This document shows, piece after piece, positions 8,257-17,446 of a stretch of DNA of 55,947 nucleotides. Under the pieces are notes generated by a model. It made no database searches. It had not been told where the DNA came from and was given only the letters and a program-made list of their open reading frames with translations. Source of the DNA: an uncultured archaeon. GTDB lineage: Archaea; Thermoplasmatota; Penumbrarchaeia; JASLWR01. The position numbers and the translations under genes were made by a program. Numbering within the stretch: the first letter of the stretch is position 1; the number at the start of each line of letters is the position of its first letter. Location: NCBI GenBank assembly GCA_964430885.1, contig CAYSHM010000019.1, forward strand, positions 1 through 55,947, in the 5' to 3' direction.

Positions 8257-10857
8257 GTGTTCGGTGAAGTTTCACGAAGGAACCTGCTTTGTCTTGTTAT
8301 TGCCGTTGTTCTGATATTGACAAGCCTTTCGGTGCACGGTCTATTGTATGATATCGAAATAGATGCTGATTCCAAAGCCAGTGTCTTATCCACAGATATG
8401 CCAATATTCAAAGGCGGCCGACCCGTGGGAGCTCAGGATGAGCCCTATGTGGATTATATTGGTTATTTTATGGACGGAACTGTTTTTACAACCAATATAG
8501 GCCGGGTGCATGATTCCACTGTACTTCTGAAATCATCATTTTACTACAGCGGTTCAGGAAATGACGGTAATTATCAGGTGACATCAGGAACTGTTGATGG
8601 TATGGAGGAAGGTGTGCTGGGGATGAATGTGGGTGAGAACAAAACGATAGTAATTCCCCCCGAAGAGGGTTGGGCAAACAATACCCATGCCTACCTCGGA
8701 GGCCGAACAGTCATGTTCCTTATATTTGTGATTCTTATTGAAGATGGAGTTGGAGATACGGATGGAGACGGTTATGGCGACGCGGCAGATGAGTTTCCAA
8801 CAGCAGATTCCATCTATTATCAGGACAGTGATGGTGACGGAGTGCCCAATAAACTGGATCATTTTCCCAACGACGGAGCTGAATGGAGAGATTTTGATCT
8901 AGACGGCATTCCCGATGGTCAAGAGGCGGATATCGACGGTGACGGTGTTCCGAATGAGAACGATGACATGATGTATGACGACTCAGAAACCGCCGATACA
9001 GACGGAGATAAGGTAGGGGACAATGCCGACTGGGATATGGATAATGACGGTTATTCCAATGAATATGATGATCTGCCTTTGGAATATACTCAGCAGATTG
9101 ACGGCGATGGTGATGGATACGGCGATAATCAAACGGGGAATGATCCTGACCGTTATCCTACGGATCCTGCTGCAGCCATGGACACAGATGGCGACGGCTA
9201 CCCGGACCAATGGAATCCGGGAAAAACACAGGCCGACTCAACAACTGGTATAGAGCATACCGATGACTTTCCACTTGATCCGGCAGCATCTGTGGACAGC
9301 GATGGTGATGGATTGCCGGATCTATGGAATCCGGGAAAATCATCTGCAGATTCAACAACAGGTATTTCCCATCTTGATGATTTCCCAACTGATCTGACCG
9401 CTTCTGTTGATAGTGACGGCGATGGATGGCCGGATCTATGGAATCAGGGTCAAGTTGAGGAGAACTCCACTACGGATCTGCATTTGGATGCATTCCCTGA
9501 TGATCCTTCTGCAAGCATTGATGATGATGGCGACGATTATCCTGATGAGTGGAATGAGGGCATGGGCCCGGAAAATTCTACTACTGACCTTACACATATT
9601 GATTCATTTCCACTTGATGTAGCAGCTTCCCTGGATGCTGATGGTGACGGTCATCCTGATTCTTGGAACACGGGTTATTCTGAAGACGATTCAACTACTT
9701 TCCTCACATTAGATTATTTCTCTGATGATATTGCAGCATCCGAGGACACGGACTTCGACGGGTACCCTGATGCATGGAATGAAGGTCTGAGCGAAGCGGA
9801 TTCGACAACCGGACTTGAACTGGATAAATTCCCGACGGACTCTGCAGCAAGTAGGGATTTTGACAATGACGGTTACCCTGATGGCTGGAATTACGGCAAA
9901 GATGATGATGATTCAACTATGAACCTTACTCTGGATGCCCTACCGAAAGATCCTGCGGCCAGTGTGGACACGGATGGAGACGGTTATCCTAACAAATGGA
10001 ATGCCGGTAAGAATGAGAGCCATTCAACAACAGGATTGTTCATTGATGCTTTCCCTGAAGATCCAACCCAGTTCAGGGACATTGACGGTGACGGTTATGG
10101 AGGGAATGCTTCGGGTAGCAATCCGGATGCATTTCCCGTGGACCCAACTCAGTGGATGGATACTGACGGTGACGGTTATGGCGATAACAAGTCAGGAACA
10201 GATCCTGACATGTTCCCTTCAGATCCTGCGGCCCGCAAGGACAGTGATGGCGACGGTTATCCTGATGAATGGAATCCCGGCTGGGATGAGCAGGATACCA
10301 CCACAGGTTTAAAGGTGGATGCATTCCCAAATGAGGCAACTCAGTGGGCCGATACGGACGGTGATGGCTTTGGTGATAATTACAACAATGAGTCATGGAA
10401 AACAGGAAGATCAATTGGAAGCTATTTACCAACTGCAGTAAATCCTGATGCCTTCCCTGATGATATATCCGCTAGCAAGGACAGTGATGGTGACGGTCAT
10501 CCGGATGATTGGAATCCTGGAAAATCGGGCATAGACAGCCCGAATAATCTTTACATTGATGCACACCCCTTAGACCCAACAAGGTATCAGATGACCAATA
10601 AAGATGATGCAAAAGAGGAAAAGGATAACGGATGGATCGTTACAGTCCTGATTATTGTTGGTGTTCTGATAGTGTTAGGAGTAATCATAACTCTCATTGT
10701 TATGTCAGCTAGAAAAAGATCTTATATGAAGGGGTTGGATACGGATTCTTTTTTCGTGGAAGAGGAGCGCTCATCTTCCAGGTTTAAATACGAGAACCGA
10801 GAGGATGACGAGGCGGAGATAGGTGATGTGGAGTATATCGGACCTGATGAGGAATAA
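8257..10857 (+). CDS. Membrane-anchored surface protein: FKBP-type PPIase domain plus thrombospondin type-3-like Ca-binding repeats
   Basis: Signal/TM segment; VDYIGYFMDGTVF...GMEEGVLGMNVGENKTIVIPPEEG (FKBP); many DxDxDG and DxFPxDP motifs; C-terminal TM; SD GAGGTG. Confidence 0.85.
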   Translation: MFGEVSRRNLLCLVIAVVLILTSLSVHGLLYDIEIDADSKASVLSTDMPIFKGGRPVGAQDEPYVDYIGYFMDGTVFTTNIGRVHDSTVLLKSSFYYSGSGNDGNYQVTSGTVDGMEEGVLGMNVGENKTIVIPPEEGWANNTHAYLGGRTVMFLIFVILIEDGVGDTDGDGYGDAADEFPTADSIYYQDSDGDGVPNKLDHFPNDGAEWRDFDLDGIPDGQEADIDGDGVPNENDDMMYDDSETADTDGDKVGDNADWDMDNDGYSNEYDDLPLEYTQQIDGDGDGYGDNQTGNDPDRYPTDPAAAMDTDGDGYPDQWNPGKTQADSTTGIEHTDDFPLDPAASVDSDGDGLPDLWNPGKSSADSTTGISHLDDFPTDLTASVDSDGDGWPDLWNQGQVEENSTTDLHLDAFPDDPSASIDDDGDDYPDEWNEGMGPENSTTDLTHIDSFPLDVAASLDADGDGHPDSWNTGYSEDDSTTFLTLDYFSDDIAASEDTDFDGYPDAWNEGLSEADSTTGLELDKFPTDSAASRDFDNDGYPDGWNYGKDDDDSTMNLTLDALPKDPAASVDTDGDGYPNKWNAGKNESHSTTGLFIDAFPEDPTQFRDIDGDGYGGNASGSNPDAFPVDPTQWMDTDGDGYGDNKSGTDPDMFPSDPAARKDSDGDGYPDEWNPGWDEQDTTTGLKVDAFPNEATQWADTDGDGFGDNYNNESWKTGRSIGSYLPTAVNPDAFPDDISASKDSDGDGHPDDWNPGKSGIDSPNNLYIDAHPLDPTRYQMTNKDDAKEEKDNGWIVTVLIIVGVLIVLGVIITLIVMSARKRSYMKGLDTDSFFVEEERSSSRFKYENREDDEAEIGDVEYIGPDEE
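8755..10580 (+). repeat. Coding tandem repeats (TSP3-like, about 37-38 aa period)
   Basis: Ten units of D-x-FP-x-D-x-AAS-x-D-x-DGDG-x-PD-x-WN-x-G...STT, plus shorter DxDGDG units. Confidence 0.85.
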
Positions 10858-10953
10858 ATGTTTTAGGCATCCAGCTTTATTAATAAATGGAAACAAGATA
10901 AATAAATATTAAATAAAATAACGATAACTAAAGTGAACAGTTCAGGTGAAACT

Positions 10954-11442
10954 ATGCTTATAATGGGGTTCAATGCGATATATGTGGGAATTGCTGCTGC
11001 TGTAGCACTTCTAATTGTTGTTTTCATAATAATGGCCATCTTAGCTATGATGAAGCAGAAGACGATTATTGCGGAAATCTTCGATGCAGAGCCGGGCAAT
11101 AAGAAAGCCAATCGTGAAAAAGGATTCTATATGGCTGAAGAACCGGGAACGTTCGGCAAGGAGAAAAAGGGTTTTGTCTTTGACGAGGATGACGATGTGG
11201 ATATCAATGCTTTTATGGTAACCGATTCAGATAAGGAGAAGAGTTCCAGGGGAAGCCAGGTAGTGGAGTACCGGGATGAGGAAACCCAGGTGAAGGAATT
11301 CAATGAAATAGCCGGATCAATGCTTGAACATCAGCAGACCGGGGGCGCTACCGCCAAAGCCAATGTGCCTCCAGTACCATTTGATGAGGAACCCCCCGCT
11401 CCCGACACACCTCCTGATGACGACCTACCACCTCCGGTATGA
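10954..11442 (+). CDS. Hypothetical single-TM protein with acidic, Pro-rich tail
   Basis: N-terminal hydrophobic helix; SD AGGTGA before ATG 10954; ends PPVPFDEEPPAPDTPPDDDLPPPV. Confidence 0.65.
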   Translation: MLIMGFNAIYVGIAAAVALLIVVFIIMAILAMMKQKTIIAEIFDAEPGNKKANREKGFYMAEEPGTFGKEKKGFVFDEDDDVDINAFMVTDSDKEKSSRGSQVVEYRDEETQVKEFNEIAGSMLEHQQTGGATAKANVPPVPFDEEPPAPDTPPDDDLPPPV

Positions 11443-11658
11443 GCGGTCATTTCATCGGACCATATTTAATCCAGTAAGTTAGCATTAAATTCTCCGTTTT
11501 CAATTATAATGTTATTACTAGTCAGGTTCCGGAAAGAGTTTTTAATGGAATGAGGAATATTATAAGTGTTTTAGAATTAATAGATTCAGAACATAATCAT
11601 CACAGGCTAATACTTCGAATCTGCCAAAGATACAATGGTAGGCGTGGGAGAACCGCAT

Positions 11659-12117
11659 ATGGTTAACAGAAAGGGCGTTTCCTTGAAAGGGCGAGTGATC
11701 AATGGATTGGGTAGGGGTAAGTATTATCTCTCCTTGAAGGAGTACAATGAACCGATTCAAAAATTACTGGGTTCTGATCCCTATCTCGGTACTCTAAATA
11801 TTAAAATACATTCGGGGAAAATAGCAATTGGTGATCTTCGGGAGCTGACCCCATTCATGATCCATCCCCGGAAGGCAGAGTCCGCAGATGATGAAAACCC
11901 TGGTTATGTTCAATGCTATCCGGCAAGGGTAAATGGTAGTGATTGCCTGGCGGTTCTGCCGGAGAGGAGCATACATGAGGGAGTTATGGAAATTATATCG
12001 GGGTATTGCTTAAGAGATATTTTTGGACTTGAAGATGATGATGAGGTTTCTGTTGAAGTTTTCAGTTTTGAAGAGAAAAATTTTCTTGAAGAACCTGACA
12101 GAAATACTATTATGTGA
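11659..12117 (+). CDS. ribK: CTP-dependent riboflavin kinase (archaeal; stand-alone, no wHTH)
   Basis: GRVINGLGRGKYYLS, PYLGTLNI, PERSIH, EIIS...LRD; start could be 11635 or 11659. Confidence 0.88.
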   Translation: MVNRKGVSLKGRVINGLGRGKYYLSLKEYNEPIQKLLGSDPYLGTLNIKIHSGKIAIGDLRELTPFMIHPRKAESADDENPGYVQCYPARVNGSDCLAVLPERSIHEGVMEIISGYCLRDIFGLEDDDEVSVEVFSFEEKNFLEEPDRNTIM

Positions 12118-12145
12118 TTTGACCGATGTAGATGGATGATTAATT

Positions 12146-13405
12146 ATGGCAGATAACAAAGAAAACTCTGATGTACCTCAGATGGAGATGTGTCAGGGTC
12201 CTACAGGTTTTATTTTCATATTTTTAACCATGGTCACAGTTTATGTTATGTTCAATATGGAACTCAGATTGATGTTGGCTGAAAAACTTGGTATTGTTCT
12301 CTATCCTCTCATAGGGTTCAACGGCAATTATCCCATAATAACAATTTTCCTGGGAGCTCTGCTGCTGATAAGTGTGACAACATCTGTAAGACACTTTCAA
12401 ACCGATTGGATCGATATGGCTCGGAACCAGAAGCGCACAAAGGCCATCAATAAGGATTTGAGGAAAGCCAAGATGGGCGGTGATTCCAAAAAGGAGCGGG
12501 AAATTACCGATTATCAGCAGAAGATGATGGCCACCCAGCAGAACATGATGTTCGGAAACTTAAAGACAATGATATCCACCCTATTAATTGTTATAATTAT
12601 TTTTACCTGGATATGGGGGGACTTCATCACTCGTTTAACTGTGCCCATTCTCTCAACTCCCTGGGATACTTCAATGGAAATGATGAAGACAAGGATGTGC
12701 TGCAGTATCATTCCATTTCCCAAATGGATGATAGTCTACATGCTGATCTCAGTCCCATTGGGTCTTGTGATCCAGCATACTTTTAAAATGTACAGTTTCA
12801 AAAAGAGACTGGATGAAGCTTATTATACGGAATCCAAAACCCTCAAGGAGGATCTCGTAACCCTGTCATCATCAATAGATGCCCTGTCGGAAAAAGTATC
12901 ATTCTCAATGGAATCCAACCGTAACCGATTGTCATCAGCTAAGCAAAAGTATGAAATGGGGGAAACCGCTTCGGCTTTGAAAGAAGTAGAACTTTTAAAA
13001 TCGGAACTGGACGATACTGAAAGAGCTTTGAGCGTTTCCAAGAAAAAATTGAGGGATCTAGCGGTGGAGCTCAAGGATGCGAAGGTGATGGGCCTAAATA
13101 TCAAGGAGCTCAGGAAAAAATACGCCCGGGCAAAGGATCAGATAGATAATGGCCATTTCAAAGACGGTATTGATATTATCAAAGCTATTAGGAAAAGCCT
13201 AGGCAATCAGAAAGCGGTTTTTAAACGCGCCAAATCGGTATCTAAGGATATAAAAGCTGATCTATTCGATATGAAGGGGTCTGGGACAGCTGATCTGGAG
13301 GAAGAATTGAAGCGGGTGGATAAGATGATAGGTGAAGGTGAATACCAGGAAGCATTGACCCTTTCCAGGAAGATTAAATCACAAATGGCCGGAAATAAGA
13401 CCTGA
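12146..13405 (+). CDS. DUF106 / EMC3-TMCO1 (Oxa1 superfamily) membrane protein with long C-terminal helical extension
   Basis: TM, TDWIDMARNQK coiled coil, TM, W..VYMLIS; located directly upstream of cmk as in other archaea. Confidence 0.8.
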   Translation: MADNKENSDVPQMEMCQGPTGFIFIFLTMVTVYVMFNMELRLMLAEKLGIVLYPLIGFNGNYPIITIFLGALLLISVTTSVRHFQTDWIDMARNQKRTKAINKDLRKAKMGGDSKKEREITDYQQKMMATQQNMMFGNLKTMISTLLIVIIIFTWIWGDFITRLTVPILSTPWDTSMEMMKTRMCCSIIPFPKWMIVYMLISVPLGLVIQHTFKMYSFKKRLDEAYYTESKTLKEDLVTLSSSIDALSEKVSFSMESNRNRLSSAKQKYEMGETASALKEVELLKSELDDTERALSVSKKKLRDLAVELKDAKVMGLNIKELRKKYARAKDQIDNGHFKDGIDIIKAIRKSLGNQKAVFKRAKSVSKDIKADLFDMKGSGTADLEEELKRVDKMIGEGEYQEALTLSRKIKSQMAGNKT

Positions 13406-13509
13406 AAATCTGTCAGATATTGATTAACTATTATTAGCTAATTAGATTCAATTTTCATATTATATCCATTTAATCAAGCAAGCTACTTTCTAATTCATCG
13501 GTGTGAAAT

Positions 13510-14049
13510 ATGAAATCAATAACAATAGGGGGTCTGCCAGGTAGTGGAACTTCCACAGTGGCAGAATTATTGGAAAAGAGCCTTGATATCCGTTACGTAT
13601 ATACCGGGGATATATTCCGCCAAATGGCTAAGGAAAAGGGTATGAAACTGGAGATATTCGGAGAATATGTTTCCAAGCATCAGGAGATAGATCGGGAATT
13701 GGACCGTAGGCAAACCGAATTGACTCGTGAGAAAGATATCATTGTGGAGGGTAGATTGGCAGGTTATATGGCTTATAGTAACGGAATCGGTAGCTATAAG
13801 ATATGGTTGTATGCACCTTTTGAAGTTAGAATGGGAAGGGTGGGGAACCGGGAAAAGAAAGGTTTGGAAATTGTTAAGAAGGAAAATAGTATCCGGGAGA
13901 GAGGTGAAAGATCAAGATATATCGATATTTATGGTTTTGATATGAATGATACTTCCATCTATGATATTACCATAGATTCATCAAAATATCTTGCTGAGGA
14001 GATCGTGGACCTAATAATAGAGGATATGAGGTCTAGAAACATATTATGA
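13510..14049 (+). CDS. cmk: Cytidylate kinase (archaeal type)
   Basis: ITIGGLPGSGTSTVA, GDIFR, IDRELD, VEGRLAG, RYIDIYG. Confidence 0.93.
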   Translation: MKSITIGGLPGSGTSTVAELLEKSLDIRYVYTGDIFRQMAKEKGMKLEIFGEYVSKHQEIDRELDRRQTELTREKDIIVEGRLAGYMAYSNGIGSYKIWLYAPFEVRMGRVGNREKKGLEIVKKENSIRERGERSRYIDIYGFDMNDTSIYDITIDSSKYLAEEIVDLIIEDMRSRNIL

Positions 14050-14237
14050 ATATCCACCTGTAAATTAGGTTTATTCTTTCTTCAATAGACGGTTATCGAT
14101 GGATTTAATTTTTGCAGAGAATAATTATTCAATAATATGTTATTCGATGGAAATAATTTGACAACCTATGTTTTCTCCCGATTTCAATTTTTATGAAGGA
14201 TTGAAAAAACTATTGGAAGGAATCAATCCACTTGTCT

Positions 14238-14256
14238 AAAAAGTTTTATATAAAAG
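14238..14256 (+). promoter_or_regulatory. Putative BRE/TATA promoter for the PKD surface-protein gene
   Basis: AAAAAG-TTTTATATAAAA about 90 nt upstream of the ATG, which has a GGAGGA SD. Confidence 0.45.
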
Positions 14257-14347
14257 GTTTGAGATTACCAACGGAAAATAAATTGTATTAATTCAAGAAG
14301 TCATCTGTATATAGGAATGGAGATGGTTATTCTCGGAGGAACAATAT

Positions 14348-17164
14348 ATGTTAGATAGAAAGAGTAGGATAAAAGGAACCGCACTGACGGCAGGCGTAAT
14401 ATTGTCAATGTTGTTGTCGGTTACGTTATTGATGCCAGCGTTTATTGGTGTGGATGCGGAAACCGATCAGACTAGATTATGGGGAAGAGTGGTGGATAGT
14501 TCAACGGAAAAGGTATTAAATGGTGCAAAGGTAACTATTACAAATCTACAGACAGGAGAAGAATTCACAATTGTTCAAGAGGATGGTAGCTATCGATTGG
14601 ATGATGAGATAGGTTATTTTTCCATTGACGCTTCATTTGCTGGCTATCAGGATTCAGGAATGGGCCATATGGGAGTTATGGTTCTAAAAGGTGAGATCAA
14701 GAAGGTAATGCTGGAACTGGTGGAGGTCAATGTGAACCGAACCATATCCGGTCATGTTGGGTATCTCAATGGCACAGGGAATGCCACTGGAATAACCAAT
14801 GCTACCGTGGATCTCTACTGCACTGCAGGTGGATACATAGGTCACCACGACTCCATGCTCACTGATAACGGCAGCTACGAGTTCGATGTCATACCTGGGA
14901 CATATATGATCACAGTCAGCAATGATGGGAACATGACCCAAGTAGAGGAAATAGAGGTTACAAATTCCGATAAGGTTGTAGATTTCACCATGGAAGACGG
15001 GGATGTTGTCTTTGAGATATACGGATACGCTCAGGATACATTCAGTTCAGATATAGTGGAAGGGATCGAGGTTACAGTTTTTGATACCATGTATTCAAGA
15101 CAGTACAATGGATCATTTGCTACGGATTATTTCCAGATGGACCTCTATCCATCAACCTTCACCATCTTTGTAGATGCAGTGGGTTATAAACCGTATGTCA
15201 AAGAGGGTATTGTACTCAATGCCAGTCAGCATGACATGGTCGTATATGCCGACCTTGAAGACGATGAAGATGAATCTCTGGAAGTTACATTCACTGTGAA
15301 CAAGGAATTCGATATACTTGAAGTGTGCTGGGATCATCATCTCACTTCCGATTCCTATATACCGATACTCGGTGACGGTGCAGGGAATCCAAAGATGAAA
15401 ATAGACGAGAAATACGGTGATAACAACGGTGTGGTCAACACAACCGAGTTGAACAAATTCAAGATGGAGATCGGAGACATAGGCCCCGCCAGCCTTTATA
15501 CTGGCGATATCTTCATGGTCAACAATACGGAATTCGGCCCTGATTTTGACGGTGACGATATCAACTTCACTGTTCTGCTTACAAATTTTAACGGTGCAGT
15601 AGATAACCTGACAGACATGCAGATGAAGACCACCATGATCTATGTAATCGAAGAGGATATCGAATCCGAAGAGCATTTCACTGTCTGGCTTGGCGATCTG
15701 GAAGTTGATTACAATATCGTATTCCACCAGTCATATGAGATAGTCACCGGTGAGAATGACGATTGGGCCTTCAATACGGATAATCAAGATGAACCTATTC
15801 CCTATGAAGCGGTAGTATACAACTCCACAACCCTTGATCTGAAGAAGAAGGAGAAACCTGTGGCCAATATCACTGTGACCATCAATGGTGAAGTGTATTA
15901 TTCAGACGATGAGATCTACGCAGGGTCCGCTTCTGATGAGGTTGTATCCAAGGATGATTTCGAGAACATCACATTTGATGCAACGGGATCCGAGGATATG
16001 GTTGGCAGGATAGTGAACTATACATGGGATTTCGGGGATGGAAGTATGGGATACGGCGATCTTGTTACCCACAATTTCACAGTTGCCGCAGATGCCACTG
16101 AAACCTTCGATGTGACTCTGACCCTGACCGATAGCGCTGGCGAGACCAACGGACTTGAAGGTAGCAAGGTTCAGATCACAGTTGATGCAACAGCTCCGGC
16201 ATTAGATAATGTGGAGGAGCTCATTGAGACCCTCCCCGGGGAAAGAAACCAATCCCAGAGGATTCAGTTCAATGCTAGCAAGTTCACCGACGATACTGAT
16301 ATACCTGATGTAGCTGGTAATTATATCTGGGCATTTGAGGATGGTTCAGAGGTATTCGGCAAGACAGTTTCACATGTATTCCTGGAAGCTGGCAAGCAGG
16401 TTGTGGAACTCACAGTGAAGGACCGGGTTGGAAACAAGAAGGTCACAAGTTTGAACATAAACATAAGGGATACTGAAGCACCTTTTGTTAACATTCTTGG
16501 GAACCTATCGATCCAGGCCGGAGAGAAGCTTCTCCTGAATGCAACGGAATGCAGTGACAATGTAGCTGATCTGGCAAATCTCACACTTCTATGGGATTTC
16601 AACGATACCCAGGTGAACACAATGGTCAATAACAGAACAACTGTGTTTGTGGAACCTGTATTCACCAATCCCGGAACCTATACCATCAAACTCAATGTGA
16701 CTGACAAGGCTGGGAATACCGGTGTGGGAACAAAGGTCATAACCGTTACCGCAGCAGACCTGATAATCGATACCTTTGAGGTGTCAGACTCCAAGCCCAG
16801 CGAGGGTGAGAAGATAGATATTAATATCCTCGTAAAGAACATTGGTGTAGTTGATGCAGAAGGTTTTGACGTGGTTCTCTATGTTGATGATGCTCAGGTT
16901 GACTCTACCCAGATATCAGTCCTTGCAGCAGGCACTGAACAAGCTGTAAACTTCACTTGGAAGGCCAAAAAGGGTACACATGACCTGAAGGTAGTGGTTG
17001 ATGGAACCAATGTCATAATGGAAGATAATGAGAATAACAATGAGAGAGATATGAAGGTCGAAGGATCCGAGGACAGTTCATACTGGCCTTTGATAATTGT
17101 GATCCTCTTGATAGTGATCGCCATTGTTGTTTTCGTGATACTCAAAAAGAAGAGAGGATTGTAG
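14348..17164 (+). CDS. Cell-surface protein: carboxypeptidase-regulatory-like domains, PKD repeats, CARDB, C-terminal TM anchor
   Basis: Signal peptide; GRVVDS..GAKV; YTWDFGDG and YIWAFEDG (PKD); ADLII...VKNIG...EDNENNN (CARDB); TM followed by KKKR; many NxS/T sequons. Confidence 0.85.
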   Translation: MLDRKSRIKGTALTAGVILSMLLSVTLLMPAFIGVDAETDQTRLWGRVVDSSTEKVLNGAKVTITNLQTGEEFTIVQEDGSYRLDDEIGYFSIDASFAGYQDSGMGHMGVMVLKGEIKKVMLELVEVNVNRTISGHVGYLNGTGNATGITNATVDLYCTAGGYIGHHDSMLTDNGSYEFDVIPGTYMITVSNDGNMTQVEEIEVTNSDKVVDFTMEDGDVVFEIYGYAQDTFSSDIVEGIEVTVFDTMYSRQYNGSFATDYFQMDLYPSTFTIFVDAVGYKPYVKEGIVLNASQHDMVVYADLEDDEDESLEVTFTVNKEFDILEVCWDHHLTSDSYIPILGDGAGNPKMKIDEKYGDNNGVVNTTELNKFKMEIGDIGPASLYTGDIFMVNNTEFGPDFDGDDINFTVLLTNFNGAVDNLTDMQMKTTMIYVIEEDIESEEHFTVWLGDLEVDYNIVFHQSYEIVTGENDDWAFNTDNQDEPIPYEAVVYNSTTLDLKKKEKPVANITVTINGEVYYSDDEIYAGSASDEVVSKDDFENITFDATGSEDMVGRIVNYTWDFGDGSMGYGDLVTHNFTVAADATETFDVTLTLTDSAGETNGLEGSKVQITVDATAPALDNVEELIETLPGERNQSQRIQFNASKFTDDTDIPDVAGNYIWAFEDGSEVFGKTVSHVFLEAGKQVVELTVKDRVGNKKVTSLNINIRDTEAPFVNILGNLSIQAGEKLLLNATECSDNVADLANLTLLWDFNDTQVNTMVNNRTTVFVEPVFTNPGTYTIKLNVTDKAGNTGVGTKVITVTAADLIIDTFEVSDSKPSEGEKIDINILVKNIGVVDAEGFDVVLYVDDAQVDSTQISVLAAGTEQAVNFTWKAKKGTHDLKVVVDGTNVIMEDNENNNERDMKVEGSEDSSYWPLIIVILLIVIAIVVFVILKKKRGL

Positions 17165-17244
17165 CTGTAGGGATCAGCCCAAGATCAATATAAAAATAAT
17201 TTCAGCTGTCCAGGATGAAGTTCACTGGATGAATGAAATTATCC

Positions 17245-17280
17245 GGAAGGCGGATGCTATTTCATCCCCTTCCTTTTTTT
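17245..17280 (+). terminator. Hairpin plus T7 terminator after the PKD gene
   Basis: GGAAG/CTTCC and GGATG/CATCC stems followed by TTTTTTT. Confidence 0.6.
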
Positions 17281-17446
17281 AAATTTGTTTTCCAATTTTG
17301 AGATATGTACCCCGTGTTTTGGTTATTGATTTTAATATCTTAGAATGAACATAGATATTACAATAGCTGAATTCAGTGTCTTTAATCTGAATCCCTAGCT
17401 CTTTTCTTGGGTATGAATATAATATGTTACATAAGAGTATGCTGAT

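Noticed and set aside
8755-10580. CRISPR array or DGR-like DNA repeats
   Set aside because: The repeats are degenerate at DNA level, conserved at protein level and lie inside one ORF; no cas or reverse-transcriptase gene is present.
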